DNA of 64,000 nt from a virus. Position numbers and translations under genes: made by a program. The stretch spans positions 1-64,000 of the IMG/VR virus record IMGVR_UViG_3300020579_000009, one strand, 5' to 3'. The stretch's first letter is position 1. Each line of letters opens with the position of its first letter. Below are positions 16,428 to 26,505 of the stretch, piece by piece. The notes beneath the pieces are model-generated. The model was not told the origin of the DNA and made no database searches. It was given only the letters and a program-made list of their open reading frames with translations.

Positions 16428-17398
16428 TAGCGTGACCCGCTAGGAGAAACGGTGTAGCGCAAAAGCCTTTGCGGGAAAGGGCGTACCCTTGCTGGTTCCT
16501 GCCGCTGGCGAACCATGATACTGTCGCGCATGGAGTCCAGCTCCGTCTTGGCTAGAGCCGCCCAAGAAGTGAAGCGCGAATCATTGCCCGGCGTGGACAT
16601 GAAGTTACGCGTGGCGATGGTCGAAATGACGTTGTGATGCCCATCTGGAATATCAGGAACGGAACAAAGATTGTAGTTCGTAAGCGCCGGGATTACAGGG
16701 TTTGGAGCGGTCAAGAGTGTCAAAGCCGTGTCGCTGGCAATAGCTTTTACCCGGAACGTTTGGTTGTTCGCACCTTGATTGAAAACCAGTTCCATCCCGA
16801 TGTCGGTGTCCTGGTCATTGCCGGGCAGGGCGGAAATAAAATCAGCGGGGACTACTTGCGTGAAGTTCGTCCCTGCTCCCGTGATTGCTGTTCCGGCGCT
16901 CGACACCGTGCCGTTGAACACGATGGCCAGCGGCATGAAAATGAAGCTGTAGGTCACTTCAATCTGCGTGCCTACTGGCAGAGGTTGAGCAAAGAGCACG
17001 CTGAACTTGCTGAATAGAATGTAATAGTATGGCCCGCTAGTGGCCGCTATCTGCGGAGTGATTTGCTGCTGCGCCTGAAAGTCATCGTCGTTCCAGCTGC
17101 GCGGCTGACCCTTGCTCCAGTTTGTGTCGCCGGGCTGAAGGATGCGGAGGCGGTCAATCTGGAAGGCGCGAAGCGAAACAGCGGTATTGAGATTCCCGTT
17201 AAAGTTAGCGAGGAAGTCAAACTCTACCGCTGAGGTTGCAACGGTTACGATTTTCTGGTCGGTGAAATAGCTGTCCTCAAGCTGGAGGATATAATCCCAA
17301 GTCTCTTTGTACGCAGCGTTTACTTCGTCCAGATACTCGGAAATATCGTAGGACGGATTACGCCGCTGCACTCGCTGGCAAAGAGAAAGGGCATTCAC
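16427..17398 (-). CDS. Head-tail adaptor protein
   Basis: EYLDEVNAAY..W and PDIPDGHHNVI adaptor-type helices; ortholog of 62207..63220. Confidence 0.7.
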   Translation of the reverse strand: MNALSLCQRVQRRNPSYDISEYLDEVNAAYKETWDYILQLEDSYFTDQKIVTVATSAVEFDFLANFNGNLNTAVSLRAFQIDRLRILQPGDTNWSKGQPRSWNDDDFQAQQQITPQIAATSGPYYYILFSKFSVLFAQPLPVGTQIEVTYSFIFMPLAIVFNGTVSSAGTAITGAGTNFTQVVPADFISALPGNDQDTDIGMELVFNQGANNQTFRVKAIASDTALTLLTAPNPVIPALTNYNLCSVPDIPDGHHNVISTIATRNFMSTPGNDSRFTSWAALAKTELDSMRDSIMVRQRQEPARVRPFPQRLLRYTVSPSGSR

Positions 17399-17404
17399 TC
17401 ACTG

Positions 17405-18022
17405 TTACCTCTTGGGTGCCGTTAGTTCCGCCATGCGTTTCTCGACTTCCGCAGCGACAAGCTGAGAAATCTGCGCGGGGTCGGGCTGGATAATCTGGAT
17501 GTTTGCCGGAACCTGCGCGGCGGGACGGTTCACCACTTCCGGTCGCGCCATTCCGAGGATGTCGTAGCATTCCTGCTCGTAGGTAGTGGGACTCCAGCGC
17601 CCCGGCCCACCCTGCATCTTCACGCGGAACTGCAATTCAAAAGCCTCTACCACTTTCTTCCTGAAAACAAGATTCCGCTTCTTGCCTTCGGCGGCCAGTA
17701 TTTCCATCTCTTTTTCTGACGTATGGTCGCTGTTGCAGAACATCAAGCCCACAGGATAGAACGTGCCATTGAACTCCATGCCCTTGTCGCGGCAGATGCG
17801 CGTGGCCAGTTCGCGGGCGGAGATGGTGATTTCCTTCTGGTCGGCTTCCTTGTCCACCCAGCTTGTAACGTAGGTGTCCTTGTAAAAACCATCAGGGTCA
17901 AGCGCCGTCCAAGCCCCAGCAGATAGCGGAACCTGAATGCGATAGGCTTGAACGTAATCGACCAAAAACCCCTGGTCGCCTCGCTTCGGAAAATCTTCTG
18001 GACTCCAAATTGCCCACGGCAT
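17405..18022 (-). CDS. Hypothetical protein
   Basis: 205-aa ORF in the late operon with a TAATG junction. Confidence 0.65.
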   Translation of the reverse strand: MPWAIWSPEDFPKRGDQGFLVDYVQAYRIQVPLSAGAWTALDPDGFYKDTYVTSWVDKEADQKEITISARELATRICRDKGMEFNGTFYPVGLMFCNSDHTSEKEMEILAAEGKKRNLVFRKKVVEAFELQFRVKMQGGPGRWSPTTYEQECYDILGMARPEVVNRPAAQVPANIQIIQPDPAQISQLVAAEVEKRMAELTAPKR

Positions 18023-18357
18023 TATTTTGTTCCTTTCTCTTCAAATGGCATCCATGCTGGTTTCGGTGGCCCTTGATTGGCTACCGTCACGGTGTCGGCA
18101 ATCTTGTCATTCAGGGCGATGCCGTCCGATTCTTCCATCTTGTCCTGCCCGTAGACCACGACACTGAACTTTGCACGCATATCTTCCGTCCGCATGGGAG
18201 GCGTGGTATAGGTTTTGGCGCTGGGCGCTCCGGCGATGAAGGCTCCGTCTTTCTTCCAGAGATACTTGTAAGGAGCAACGAGGTCGGTATCGACGGCAAA
18301 CGTCGCCATCGTGCCGGGAACTGCCGCTGGTGTGGTGCTAATTACTTTGGTTGCCAT
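18022..18357 (-). CDS. Ig-like domain protein
   Basis: ATFAV...YKYLWKKDGAFIAGA...YTTP...D..AKFSVVV. Confidence 0.7.
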   Translation of the reverse strand: MATKVISTTPAAVPGTMATFAVDTDLVAPYKYLWKKDGAFIAGAPSAKTYTTPPMRTEDMRAKFSVVVYGQDKMEESDGIALNDKIADTVTVANQGPPKPAWMPFEEKGTK

Positions 18358-18712
18358 AAACCCTTTCCCATGCTTCGGCGTAAGAGCGGCTGTACCCTAC
18401 CCGGCTTTCGCTGAGATGCAACCCAGCCCGTACTACCCGCTCCGCTCCGTCCATGTAGCTGTCGGTCATTTCATCGGCCTTGCGCTTGTTGTAGTCCTCG
18501 CGTTCCTTTTTGTAGAAGTTCACAAGCTCTGCCGCTGAACTCGTTTCCCGGTTGCCCACGGAAAGAATCTGTAAGTCACGTTCCGTGACGCCCGGTCCTT
18601 CGGTCGTGCGGGCTACATAGTCCTTGCCCGTCACGTCCTTGCCAATTAAGTCGAGCTTGCCATCAGAACGCTTTTTTGGCTTGAGCTTCCAAGACTCAGG
18701 AAGCGCGGCCAT
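18338..18712 (-). CDS. Hypothetical protein
   Basis: 124-aa ORF in operon. Confidence 0.6.
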   Translation of the reverse strand: MAALPESWKLKPKKRSDGKLDLIGKDVTGKDYVARTTEGPGVTERDLQILSVGNRETSSAAELVNFYKKEREDYNKRKADEMTDSYMDGAERVVRAGLHLSESRVGYSRSYAEAWERVYGNQSN

Positions 18713-18951
18713 CAGGCGACCTGGTACAAACCTTGGAGCGGCGATTCGGCAGCCGCGAAGTCAAAGTTCGTGGTCGTGCCCGCAGCAGCAGCTAGCGCCG
18801 TTGAGAGAGCCGCGTTCTGTGCCGCCGTCAGTTCCATGTCCACAAGAATGGACTGGTTCGGAAGCGTGCCTGTCCAGACCTGTAAACGGCAAGCGCCGCT
18901 GGCGCTGACGAGGTTCGTGCAAACTAGCCTTGTTGCAACCAAAGTCGCCAT
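18712..18951 (-). CDS. Hypothetical structural protein
   Basis: AAGGAG RBS; head region. Confidence 0.6.
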   Translation of the reverse strand: MATLVATRLVCTNLVSASGACRLQVWTGTLPNQSILVDMELTAAQNAALSTALAAAAGTTTNFDFAAAESPLQGLYQVA

Positions 18952-18963
18952 CTGATTCTCCTT

Positions 18964-19419
18964 TTAACCGATTCGAGCAAAAACGTTAAATCCTGTTGCC
19001 GTGCCGAGCGTTACGGTCAAAAAATTCAGCCGCATTTTCCCGTTACCACCCAACCCTGAAACATCTAAAGCAATGGGTATATTATTCGTCGAAGATTCGA
19101 AAGCAATTCCTGAATAAGGTGATAACCCCGCTGCTGCGCCACTTACCGGAGTGAGCTTATTGAAAATGCCGAATACCGGAGTGAATGCCGGAATCCCTTC
19201 TGGAACAATGGCTGCTTCAAGCTGCCCCACTACCGAAGTCAGCGTTCCGGCAATAGGGATAGGAACAACCTGCACAAGCAAGACGCCGCGATAGTTCGAG
19301 GACTGAGGAATAATCCCGAACGGCGCTTGTGCTCCCGTCGTCTGAATGTTGCTGTAGAGCCACTCATCCACGCCAAGGCGCAGAGTGAAGCTCGTTATCC
19401 CTGGACTGTTTGCTGGCAT
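18964..19419 (-). CDS. Beta-rich structural protein (possible capsid decoration)
   Basis: Head-region position and beta-rich composition. Confidence 0.55.
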   Translation of the reverse strand: MPANSPGITSFTLRLGVDEWLYSNIQTTGAQAPFGIIPQSSNYRGVLLVQVVPIPIAGTLTSVVGQLEAAIVPEGIPAFTPVFGIFNKLTPVSGAAAGLSPYSGIAFESSTNNIPIALDVSGLGGNGKMRLNFLTVTLGTATGFNVFARIG

Positions 19420-19764
19420 TTAGTGTCCAAAAGCGCAGATGAGCGTCTTTACCGCCGTGACGTTGGTGGTGTTGGCCACTTCAAGTCCTGTAGAACTGAC
19501 GGCGAAGCCAAGATTCCCAGTGGCACTGAAAATTATAGAGTAAGTTGCTACTTGCCCATCTGCCCAGATACCAACCGGGCCGAACACCGGAGGAATCTGT
19601 AACTGGAAATCGGAAGTAGCCGCGTAAGTGTTGAAAAAGAAAGTCGAGGCAGGAAGCGCATATCCGCCAGTTGGATAGCTAGCATCGCCGTCCACTTCCA
19701 CGATGGCGAAGAACTCGGACGCGCCCCAAGCCCATTTGTATTTCGGAATGATTGTCAGAGCCAT
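19420..19764 (-). CDS. Putative head decoration/cement protein
   Basis: DASYPTGGYAL and EVANTTNVT motifs just downstream of the capsid gene. Confidence 0.6.
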   Translation of the reverse strand: MALTIIPKYKWAWGASEFFAIVEVDGDASYPTGGYALPASTFFFNTYAATSDFQLQIPPVFGPVGIWADGQVATYSIIFSATGNLGFAVSSTGLEVANTTNVTAVKTLICAFGH

Positions 19765-19767
19765 CCG

Positions 19768-19956
19768 TTACTTCCCTTCTTCCGGGTTGTACTCCACGTC
19801 GTCGGATTTGAGCCCGCCGTTGATGGTGTTGCTGAACGAATCGTCCAGGTCATCCATCGCCTGTTTCAAGGCTTTGGAAGCCTGCCCGCCAAGTTCAGGA
19901 ACCTGCCCCGTAATCGAAGTCCCGTCGCCGCTGGTATTCACTTTCCCCATTGCCAT
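19768..19956 (-). CDS. Small acidic hypothetical protein
   Basis: AAGGAG RBS; 62 aa. Confidence 0.55.
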   Translation of the reverse strand: MAMGKVNTSGDGTSITGQVPELGGQASKALKQAMDDLDDSFSNTINGGLKSDDVEYNPEEGK

Positions 19957-19962
19957 TCTCCT

Positions 19963-20139
19963 TTAGGGCTTTGCCCGATCTTTCACCATGTCTCTTGTGT
20001 CGGACACATCAGGGCCATCTGATTCCGCTGCCTTGTCCGTGACGCTGAGTGATCCCATACGGCGGAGCGCTTCTGCTGCTGCGTCTTTCGCTCCGCCGTC
20101 AGGATCAGCACCGTAAATGTCCTTGTTGCACTTAGCCAT
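19963..20139 (-). CDS. Small hypothetical protein (58 aa)
   Basis: Translated by hand, MAKCNKDIYGADPDGG...KDRAKP*; fills the gap after the capsid gene. Confidence 0.5.
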   Translation of the reverse strand: MAKCNKDIYGADPDGGAKDAAAEALRRMGSLSVTDKAAESDGPDVSDTRDMVKDRAKP

Positions 20140-20141
20140 TT

Positions 20142-21434
20142 TTAGTAGCCAGCCGGAACGCTCAAGCCAACGACTGCGGTGTTGGCGTTCGGGAAATAGG
20201 CTCCTAGGTTTCCACGGAACTCCAGATAGGCCACAAATGCATCGTTGTAGCCGCCCGTGGTAGTCGGCACGCGGTTCAGAATCGAACCTGTCCGGTCATC
20301 AAAGCTAAGTTTCCGCGCCGTGACCTTGAGCAAGGATTCCTTGTTCACGAAATACAGTGTGTCGCGCGGGGCGTCCGTGTCGATGACCCAGGGGATGCCT
20401 TCAAACTCATAGGCGGTGTAGCCCAAGTCCATCTTCATGGCCGTGCCGTTGAACTGCTTGAGCGTCCAGCCCATGTCGGCATAGGCGTGAAGTTGGCTGC
20501 CGTGGCTCCAGATGCGGAGCTTCGACAGGTCAACCGCGCCGCGAACTTGCTGAATCGTCCAGATGCCGCGCCGGAGGAAATCACGGGTTAGGGCAGGCGT
20601 CCCGGCCAGCGTAATGACGTTGGCGTTGTACTGCGGATTGGCTGCCCGGTTAATGTTCTGGAAGTTGGCCGCGAACGTGCCGTTGTCGACGATGACCTTA
20701 AGGCCCGCCATCGCCTTGTTGAAAGAGCCCGAAGAAATGATGGCATCGCCTGATACTAGTACGCCAGCCGCAGAAGCCGGGCCGACTACGATAGTGACCG
20801 CGCCGCCTGCCGCCGTCAGGTTCGTTGTGCCAGCCACGCCTAAAAGGTTCGAGACGGACACGATGGTTGCCGTGCCCTTGACGGTGTTGACCGTGCCAGT
20901 AAGGAAGTCCACTGTCAGGCCGGGACGCAAATAACGCGCACCGTCTCCCAACCCCGTCACGTCCACAGTGGTGTTGGCAACCGTCGAGAGGGTGACGCCA
21001 GCGCCGACTTTGGCAAGAGTGCCGGAGCCGTCGAGGAAGGAATACCAGTTCAGTTCCTTGATGGCATCCACGACGCCGTTGCGGACGTTAAAGGCAAGGG
21101 ACTTCACATAGTTGGTAGCGTCTCCGCCACCGCCTGCGTCGAGCGCCGCCCCGGTAAACTGAATGGGCTTGACGTAGCTGTAGAAGCCCACGATGGCGCG
21201 GTTCACGCGCTGGGAGTCGCCAGCCGGAAGCGCTCCGCCATCGCCATACCATGCGTGCTGGCCGTTACCTGCCATGTGGACGGGGATTTCTAGTCCACGG
21301 TTCGAAATCATGGTGCCCGCGCCTTCGAATACATCGTTCCAAAGGACGGCGGCGGTATTGAACTGTTTTTCTACGCGAGGATTGAAAACGACCTTGAAAA
21401 TCGGGTCTGCTGCGGACAAATCGAATTGTGCCAC
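20142..21434 (-). CDS. Major capsid protein
   Basis: 430 aa after the scaffold; GGALP, FEGIPWVIDTDAPRDTLYFVN and terminal beta motifs typical of HK97-fold coats. Confidence 0.85.
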   Translation of the reverse strand: MAQFDLSAADPIFKVVFNPRVEKQFNTAAVLWNDVFEGAGTMISNRGLEIPVHMAGNGQHAWYGDGGALPAGDSQRVNRAIVGFYSYVKPIQFTGAALDAGGGGDATNYVKSLAFNVRNGVVDAIKELNWYSFLDGSGTLAKVGAGVTLSTVANTTVDVTGLGDGARYLRPGLTVDFLTGTVNTVKGTATIVSVSNLLGVAGTTNLTAAGGAVTIVVGPASAAGVLVSGDAIISSGSFNKAMAGLKVIVDNGTFAANFQNINRAANPQYNANVITLAGTPALTRDFLRRGIWTIQQVRGAVDLSKLRIWSHGSQLHAYADMGWTLKQFNGTAMKMDLGYTAYEFEGIPWVIDTDAPRDTLYFVNKESLLKVTARKLSFDDRTGSILNRVPTTTGGYNDAFVAYLEFRGNLGAYFPNANTAVVGLSVPAGY

Positions 21435-21451
21435 TTGAGCCTGCTAGGCCG

Positions 21452-22333
21452 CTATTTGTATGCCGATTTCAGTTCTGAGTCGGAGATATTGCCCCAGATG
21501 GGGTCGTGCCCGTGGCCCTCTTGTTTCGAGGACGCGCTGCCGTTTACGTTATCGGCGGCAGCGGGAATCTCTCTTACGCCGTTCGCTTCCACTGTGGAGC
21601 GGCGGGTATGCTCGGCATTCGATGCGGCTTTGGTTTCAGCAGTAACGAGGCCAGAAGCCTTCGAGAAGTAGGTCGGCACATCCACGTAGACGCCAGCGGC
21701 TATCCGGTCACGGGCCTTTGCATCTCCCCAGAGCATTTCATTCGTTTTCAGCCGGATATAGTCTCTATCCTTCTGCGAAACAGATTCAGGGAGCTTCGCC
21801 AGCAGACCATCCACGGACACCTTATAACCTTCTGAGATTGCCGTCTGCCTGCGTGCGGACTCTTCCTGATTCTCTTTCTGAATGAACCTGTCCAGTTTGG
21901 CCTCGATTGCGGTGAGTCGCGGGTCAACTGCGGGTGCCGAATCAGCAGTTCTGCTCGAACTGCCGTTCGCGCTGCCATTGCGGACTTCGGCGGGGAGACG
22001 GTTAAACCAGCGGTCGGATACTCGCTCCAGCAGTTGCTTATGCAACGCCGGATTGTTCTTCTCAATTTCATCGAGCAATAGGTCAGGATTATTTTCGAGA
22101 AGTGCGGGCAGGTTATCAAGAGCAGTTTTGGCTGCCTTGAACTCCGCTGCGGTAGCCGGAGTAATGCCCATATCGACCAGTGATTTATACGCCTCTACGT
22201 CTGCTTCCGTGAACTGAGGTTTCGTTTCCACGGTTTCCGCCGTGGTCGTTGCCGCAGTTGTTTCAGTAGAGGTAGCGGTGGTCTGCTGAGTCGCTGCGGT
22301 CTCTAGTTCGGTGAAAGTCAGATTACCTTCCAT
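21452..22333 (-). CDS. Capsid scaffolding protein
   Basis: Acidic Thr-rich N-terminus and coiled coil, between portal and capsid. Confidence 0.7.
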   Translation of the reverse strand: MEGNLTFTELETAATQQTTATSTETTAATTTAETVETKPQFTEADVEAYKSLVDMGITPATAAEFKAAKTALDNLPALLENNPDLLLDEIEKNNPALHKQLLERVSDRWFNRLPAEVRNGSANGSSSRTADSAPAVDPRLTAIEAKLDRFIQKENQEESARRQTAISEGYKVSVDGLLAKLPESVSQKDRDYIRLKTNEMLWGDAKARDRIAAGVYVDVPTYFSKASGLVTAETKAASNAEHTRRSTVEANGVREIPAAADNVNGSASSKQEGHGHDPIWGNISDSELKSAYK

Positions 22334-22376
22334 GCTGTTCCTTGTAGACTACAAACAAGCGATAGTCAAGACAATT

Positions 22377-24758
22377 TCATCCGTTGCGTCCGTTGCGCCT
22401 TCTTTGCTGCGCGGAGTGAGACTGTCCGCGAGGGCCAGTATGGTGTTGGTTGCCTCCTGATGGCTGCGGCTGATGGGGTTTCATGGCATTGCCTTTTTGC
22501 TGTCCGGCAACCTGCCGCTGCTGTGGAGAAGTCTGTTCGGCGGGTTTCCCGCCTTGCTGTGGCGTACCTCCGGCTTCCTGTCCCGCTCCCTGAATAGCCC
22601 CTTGAATCTGCGCCATCTTCTGCATATTCAGCAGATGTTTGTGCAGATGGTCTTGCGCTCCGGCCTTCACTTGCGGCGGTTGGTCGTCCCAATCGTCCGA
22701 CTTCATCCAGTCCGTGAGCGTCTGGATATGCACAGGGTCATTGTCGCGGGCAAGCATGGGGTCGGGGAATTGGCCCGTAGCTTTTGCTCCCTGAATCTCT
22801 TTGGTCTGCACTTTCGAGTCCCGCGAGTTCGGGCTTAGGTCAGGAGAAAGCTGATACAACTCCAAGACTTTGTTCTGTACTGCTTGCGGTAGTTGCGGAT
22901 TGAATGCTCCGGCTGAAATCGCTTGCACGAGATTCTGCTGCTTAGATGGGTCGAGCGGAACGATTCTGGCCACCCACCGAATACCATCGAGTTTCAACAT
23001 CTCTCCGCGCAGCATCTTAAATTCCCACTGTCCATTTTGTCCCATTGTGGCTTGCACGCGGTCATCGAGCCAGTTTTCTGCGGCCAGTTTCGTCATCTGC
23101 ATAGCCCAGAGTTCGTTTTCTTCCTTGTACATAAGCTGCAAGGGCGCAAGCATTCCTTGCGCTTGAGCGGCTGCTGTTTGCTGCCCGCCAAAAGTATTGA
23201 TACCCGTTTCGTGCTGGCCGATTGCTGCGGGAGAAACGCCGGAATGGAACGTCATATCCTGCAAGCGGGTGTTTTTCCATTGCCAAACGTCAGAGGAAAT
23301 CTGCCCTCCGGGGTGCCATTTCACGGCTTGGTCGATGTTTCTTTGCCCCAGGTTCTTGCACTCAATCATGTAGCCGCCGTCGCGGATGATGTTGTTCTTA
23401 TCGATTTTCTGCGTGTCGGCTAGAAGCAGAGGCATGGTGTTGTAATCGACGTGGCGCATCAGCATGCGGTCGCATTCATCGAATTGCATCTGTAGAGGAA
23501 TCAAATCGTCGTCGCCGTCGCCCCAGAATCTTCCTTCGACGTGGATGTGTTTGAAATGCGTCCAGTGGTCGTCCATCGACTCGTTACGCGTTTCAAGCAG
23601 GCAGTCATCGGCTTTCCCGGCATACATTCCAACCGGAAACAGCTTCCTCATCTCATCATCAAAGAAGTATTGGCTTGGCCGAATCCAGCCTTGAATCAGA
23701 ATCTTTTTCTGCTGCGCTACCGCCCGTTCATACCAACCCGGATATTGCGTCGGGTCGCTCGGCAAATCAGGAATGGCTTCCTGGTAGACAAGTCCGATGT
23801 CCTCGCTGACGTTCACGCCTTCGCCCGCCGACTGCATCCCGCCGAATTTGGCTTTCGGGAAATTCGCATGGAGCGCCACGGAATCAACCATCCGTACACG
23901 TAGAAACTCCGGCGCTTCTCTTAGCGTCTTGACACTAGAACGGACGTAAGCCTCGAACGGCCAAACCACTTCGCAGATTTCTTGTCCTTTGGGGTAGGCT
24001 ACTTTTCCTTTCATCTGCGGGACTTGGGCCGTTTGTGGCGGAGTGTTTATAGGTGGTGCGGGAGCATCCGGCCCACAGGCAGGGCAGACCTGCGCTTGCC
24101 CTTCGCCCTGTAACTGACAGACCGGGCATTGCCAACTGCCTTCGCTGATTTGCACTTCGACATCTTCGTAGACTGGCTGGGTAAAAAAACCGTATCTTGG
24201 ATCAACGGAATAATAGTTGTACCGGAAGGAGTTTCCAAAGAGACGAAGGTTAGTTGCCTCGCGCGCCCGAATTGCATCATAGCCAATATTTTCTTTCTGT
24301 ATGTCCAGTGAAGCCCTAGCCGCCGCTGCAATGCCTTGAGATTCCGCATCAGGGCTGGTCGGTTGAGCAATAAACTCCGGGGCCGTCTGGACGTACATGG
24401 CTGCGCCATAGCGGATATAGCTCCTGTAGTAGTTCGAAGCGAACCCATACTCAGCGGAATTTACGCCAATGCTGTCGAAGGAAAACCCGATGTCGGAAAG
24501 AACGGAATCATGGTAGCCAGTGAAGAACAGGTGATTGCGGAACCACTTCCGATGGAGTTGCAATTTCTCGTACTGTAGCTGCCAGTAGCGCTGGTCGAGC
24601 ATCCATTTAATTCGTTCCTCAATGGGCCGTCCCCACGGGTAGGACGGAAGGATTGCCCGTTTGTCCTGCTTTTCCTGTTTGTCGCGGACAAGCGAATCGC
24701 TACCCCCCTTGAACATCGAGGTAACTTTCTGCATTATTCCGCTGACTGTTCCGCCCAC
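22377..24758 (-). CDS. Portal protein
   Basis: 793 aa downstream of TerL; GRFWG...LIPLQ, FHSGVS..AIG, DNDPVHI and Gln-rich tail; internal CPVC/CPAC. Confidence 0.85.
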   Translation of the reverse strand: MGGTVSGIMQKVTSMFKGGSDSLVRDKQEKQDKRAILPSYPWGRPIEERIKWMLDQRYWQLQYEKLQLHRKWFRNHLFFTGYHDSVLSDIGFSFDSIGVNSAEYGFASNYYRSYIRYGAAMYVQTAPEFIAQPTSPDAESQGIAAAARASLDIQKENIGYDAIRAREATNLRLFGNSFRYNYYSVDPRYGFFTQPVYEDVEVQISEGSWQCPVCQLQGEGQAQVCPACGPDAPAPPINTPPQTAQVPQMKGKVAYPKGQEICEVVWPFEAYVRSSVKTLREAPEFLRVRMVDSVALHANFPKAKFGGMQSAGEGVNVSEDIGLVYQEAIPDLPSDPTQYPGWYERAVAQQKKILIQGWIRPSQYFFDDEMRKLFPVGMYAGKADDCLLETRNESMDDHWTHFKHIHVEGRFWGDGDDDLIPLQMQFDECDRMLMRHVDYNTMPLLLADTQKIDKNNIIRDGGYMIECKNLGQRNIDQAVKWHPGGQISSDVWQWKNTRLQDMTFHSGVSPAAIGQHETGINTFGGQQTAAAQAQGMLAPLQLMYKEENELWAMQMTKLAAENWLDDRVQATMGQNGQWEFKMLRGEMLKLDGIRWVARIVPLDPSKQQNLVQAISAGAFNPQLPQAVQNKVLELYQLSPDLSPNSRDSKVQTKEIQGAKATGQFPDPMLARDNDPVHIQTLTDWMKSDDWDDQPPQVKAGAQDHLHKHLLNMQKMAQIQGAIQGAGQEAGGTPQQGGKPAEQTSPQQRQVAGQQKGNAMKPHQPQPSGGNQHHTGPRGQSHSAQQRRRNGRNG

Positions 24759-25031
24759 TTACTTTTTCTCCACATACTGCGGCATCCCAGGAATCTTGAA
24801 GCGCACTCGCTCCAGCATTTCCATTTTGCGTTTCTCCGTGAGCGGTTCCGGCTTCGCCAGTTGCTTCACCGCTTCCGCCAGCGGGTGCTCGTCAGGCAGG
24901 GGATTTAGTCCCTTGCTTTCCAGTATCTTGTCTATCAGTCCCCGGTTTGTCCGGTTGTGCTGATACTGCTGGACTGCCAACAGAAGTGCCAAAAGTCCGC
25001 TTGAGATATAACAGGCTAGGTGCGACTCCAA
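24759..25031 (-). CDS. Small membrane-anchored protein
   Basis: N-terminal TM segment. Confidence 0.5.
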   Translation of the reverse strand: MESHLACYISSGLLALLLAVQQYQHNRTNRGLIDKILESKGLNPLPDEHPLAEAVKQLAKPEPLTEKRKMEMLERVRFKIPGMPQYVEKK

Positions 25032-25070
25032 GCAGTTCCTCCTTTTCGTAATTGTCCCAATCTTTTTCGC

Positions 25071-25286
25071 TCATCGTGTCCTCTCTGGATGGCAGCGCGG
25101 GCACGCATGCCGCGTTCCTCCTTGCACATGCGTATCGAAGGGCTTGAGGTCATTGCGCGAGAAGCATTGCCCACAGATACTACACCGCATTACTTGACCG
25201 ACAATCGGCTTGATGGCCGGAGCTTCTTTCAGCTCTTTCGCTTCCTGCGCAATTTGTGCTTCGAGCGCCGTTCTAGCGTCATCCAT
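25071..25286 (-). CDS. Zinc-ribbon protein
   Basis: CSIC...CPRC. Confidence 0.5.
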   Translation of the reverse strand: MDDARTALEAQIAQEAKELKEAPAIKPIVGQVMRCSICGQCFSRNDLKPFDTHVQGGTRHACPRCHPERTR

Positions 25287-25411
25287 GTTTCACTTTGACT
25301 TTCATCTTCATCTTGGCTTCGACTTTGGCTTTCTTCTTGTCGGGAGTTTTACCTTTTTGCGCCAGCTTCATCGCGGCCATGACCATCGGCTTCATCAGGT
25401 TGCCCATGCCG

Positions 25412-26062
25412 CTAAGGTCTGCCATTGATTTCTCCTAGTAGGCGCTGCGCATCCTGCCACTGGAGCGTATCATCGTCGCGCCACTGACAGCATACGTCTC
25501 CCGCTGCAACTTCCGTTTGGAGCGCACGGCAAAATCCAGTTGCCGATTCCCATTTCTCTTCTTTGCCTTCCGTCTGGTAGTGGTCGCAATCGTCGCCGCC
25601 GTTTATACCTCCGCAATTGGCTCCGCCGTATTTCTGGCCCGGCTTAGGAGCGTTAATCCAGATGAGCCCCATGTAATCGGGGTCGGAAGCAAACACCCGA
25701 TAGAACGCTTCGCCCTTGTTCGTCTTGCCATAGAACTGCATGGAGCAGCACGGCCAGTACTCAATCTGCTTGGCGTCGGCAGTCGCTTCTTTCGGCCATA
25801 TCAATTTCTTTATGATTTTGCGCGGGCCGATAAGCGAACAGGTTTCCGCTGTTTCGTTGTAGAACTGGCAGTTGTAGCAGGAGGCTGGTTCGTCGTTCAT
25901 TTCCTCGGACGTGGTGAAAAGCGCTTCGCCTTTGGTGTTGACGACGGGAGATAGACTTGTAGGCGCTGAGAAGGCCATACGCATGGCGTTGACTTTCCTA
26001 AGCTGCTCCGGCCCGTAGACCGGAAAGCCGCCTTCGATGATTTTAAGATCGCTTCTGCTCAC
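25412..26062 (-). CDS. Cys-rich protein with two HiPIP-like (Fe-S/metal) repeats
   Basis: CYNCQFY..CSLI...WPCC and C...CDHY...GFC...VCCQW. Confidence 0.55.
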   Translation of the reverse strand: MSRSDLKIIEGGFPVYGPEQLRKVNAMRMAFSAPTSLSPVVNTKGEALFTTSEEMNDEPASCYNCQFYNETAETCSLIGPRKIIKKLIWPKEATADAKQIEYWPCCSMQFYGKTNKGEAFYRVFASDPDYMGLIWINAPKPGQKYGGANCGGINGGDDCDHYQTEGKEEKWESATGFCRALQTEVAAGDVCCQWRDDDTLQWQDAQRLLGEINGRP

Positions 26063-26187
26063 GTTTCGCTCTGGCCTTGTCCACTCCTGAAATCGTGCCT
26101 TTATTTCTGCTAGCGTAGAAAACTGATTCCGCCTTTTTAGGGTCTTTATACGTTCGCCGCATCGCGGCCATGATTTTATTCCCCTTC

Positions 26188-26505
26188 TCAGTTAAGGGCA
26201 TGGTTCACGGGCTCAGGAATGTCGTCGCTGACCGATTGATTCAGTTCGCGCTGCATGGCGTGAAGGGCTTTGGTGATTTTCAGAATGAATTGCCCTTCGA
26301 GGAAAACAGGGGTGAAGTTCGCGGCGTCGATGAAGTCGGTGTCTTTCTTGTGGAGAAGTAGCCGCCAGCGGTCTTGGCCGAAAACCGGGAAAAGCAACTG
26401 GCCATTCGAGCCGTGATATTCGTAGCCTTCGGGGGGCAAGAGGACTTCAGCGAAAAGCGTTTCTACTAGTTCATCGGGCGTGGGCGGCGGAGGTGCCATG
26501 TTCAT
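26188..26505 (-). CDS. Hypothetical protein
   Basis: ATGA overlap with TerL. Confidence 0.55.
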   Translation of the reverse strand: MNMAPPPPTPDELVETLFAEVLLPPEGYEYHGSNGQLLFPVFGQDRWRLLLHKKDTDFIDAANFTPVFLEGQFILKITKALHAMQRELNQSVSDDIPEPVNHALN

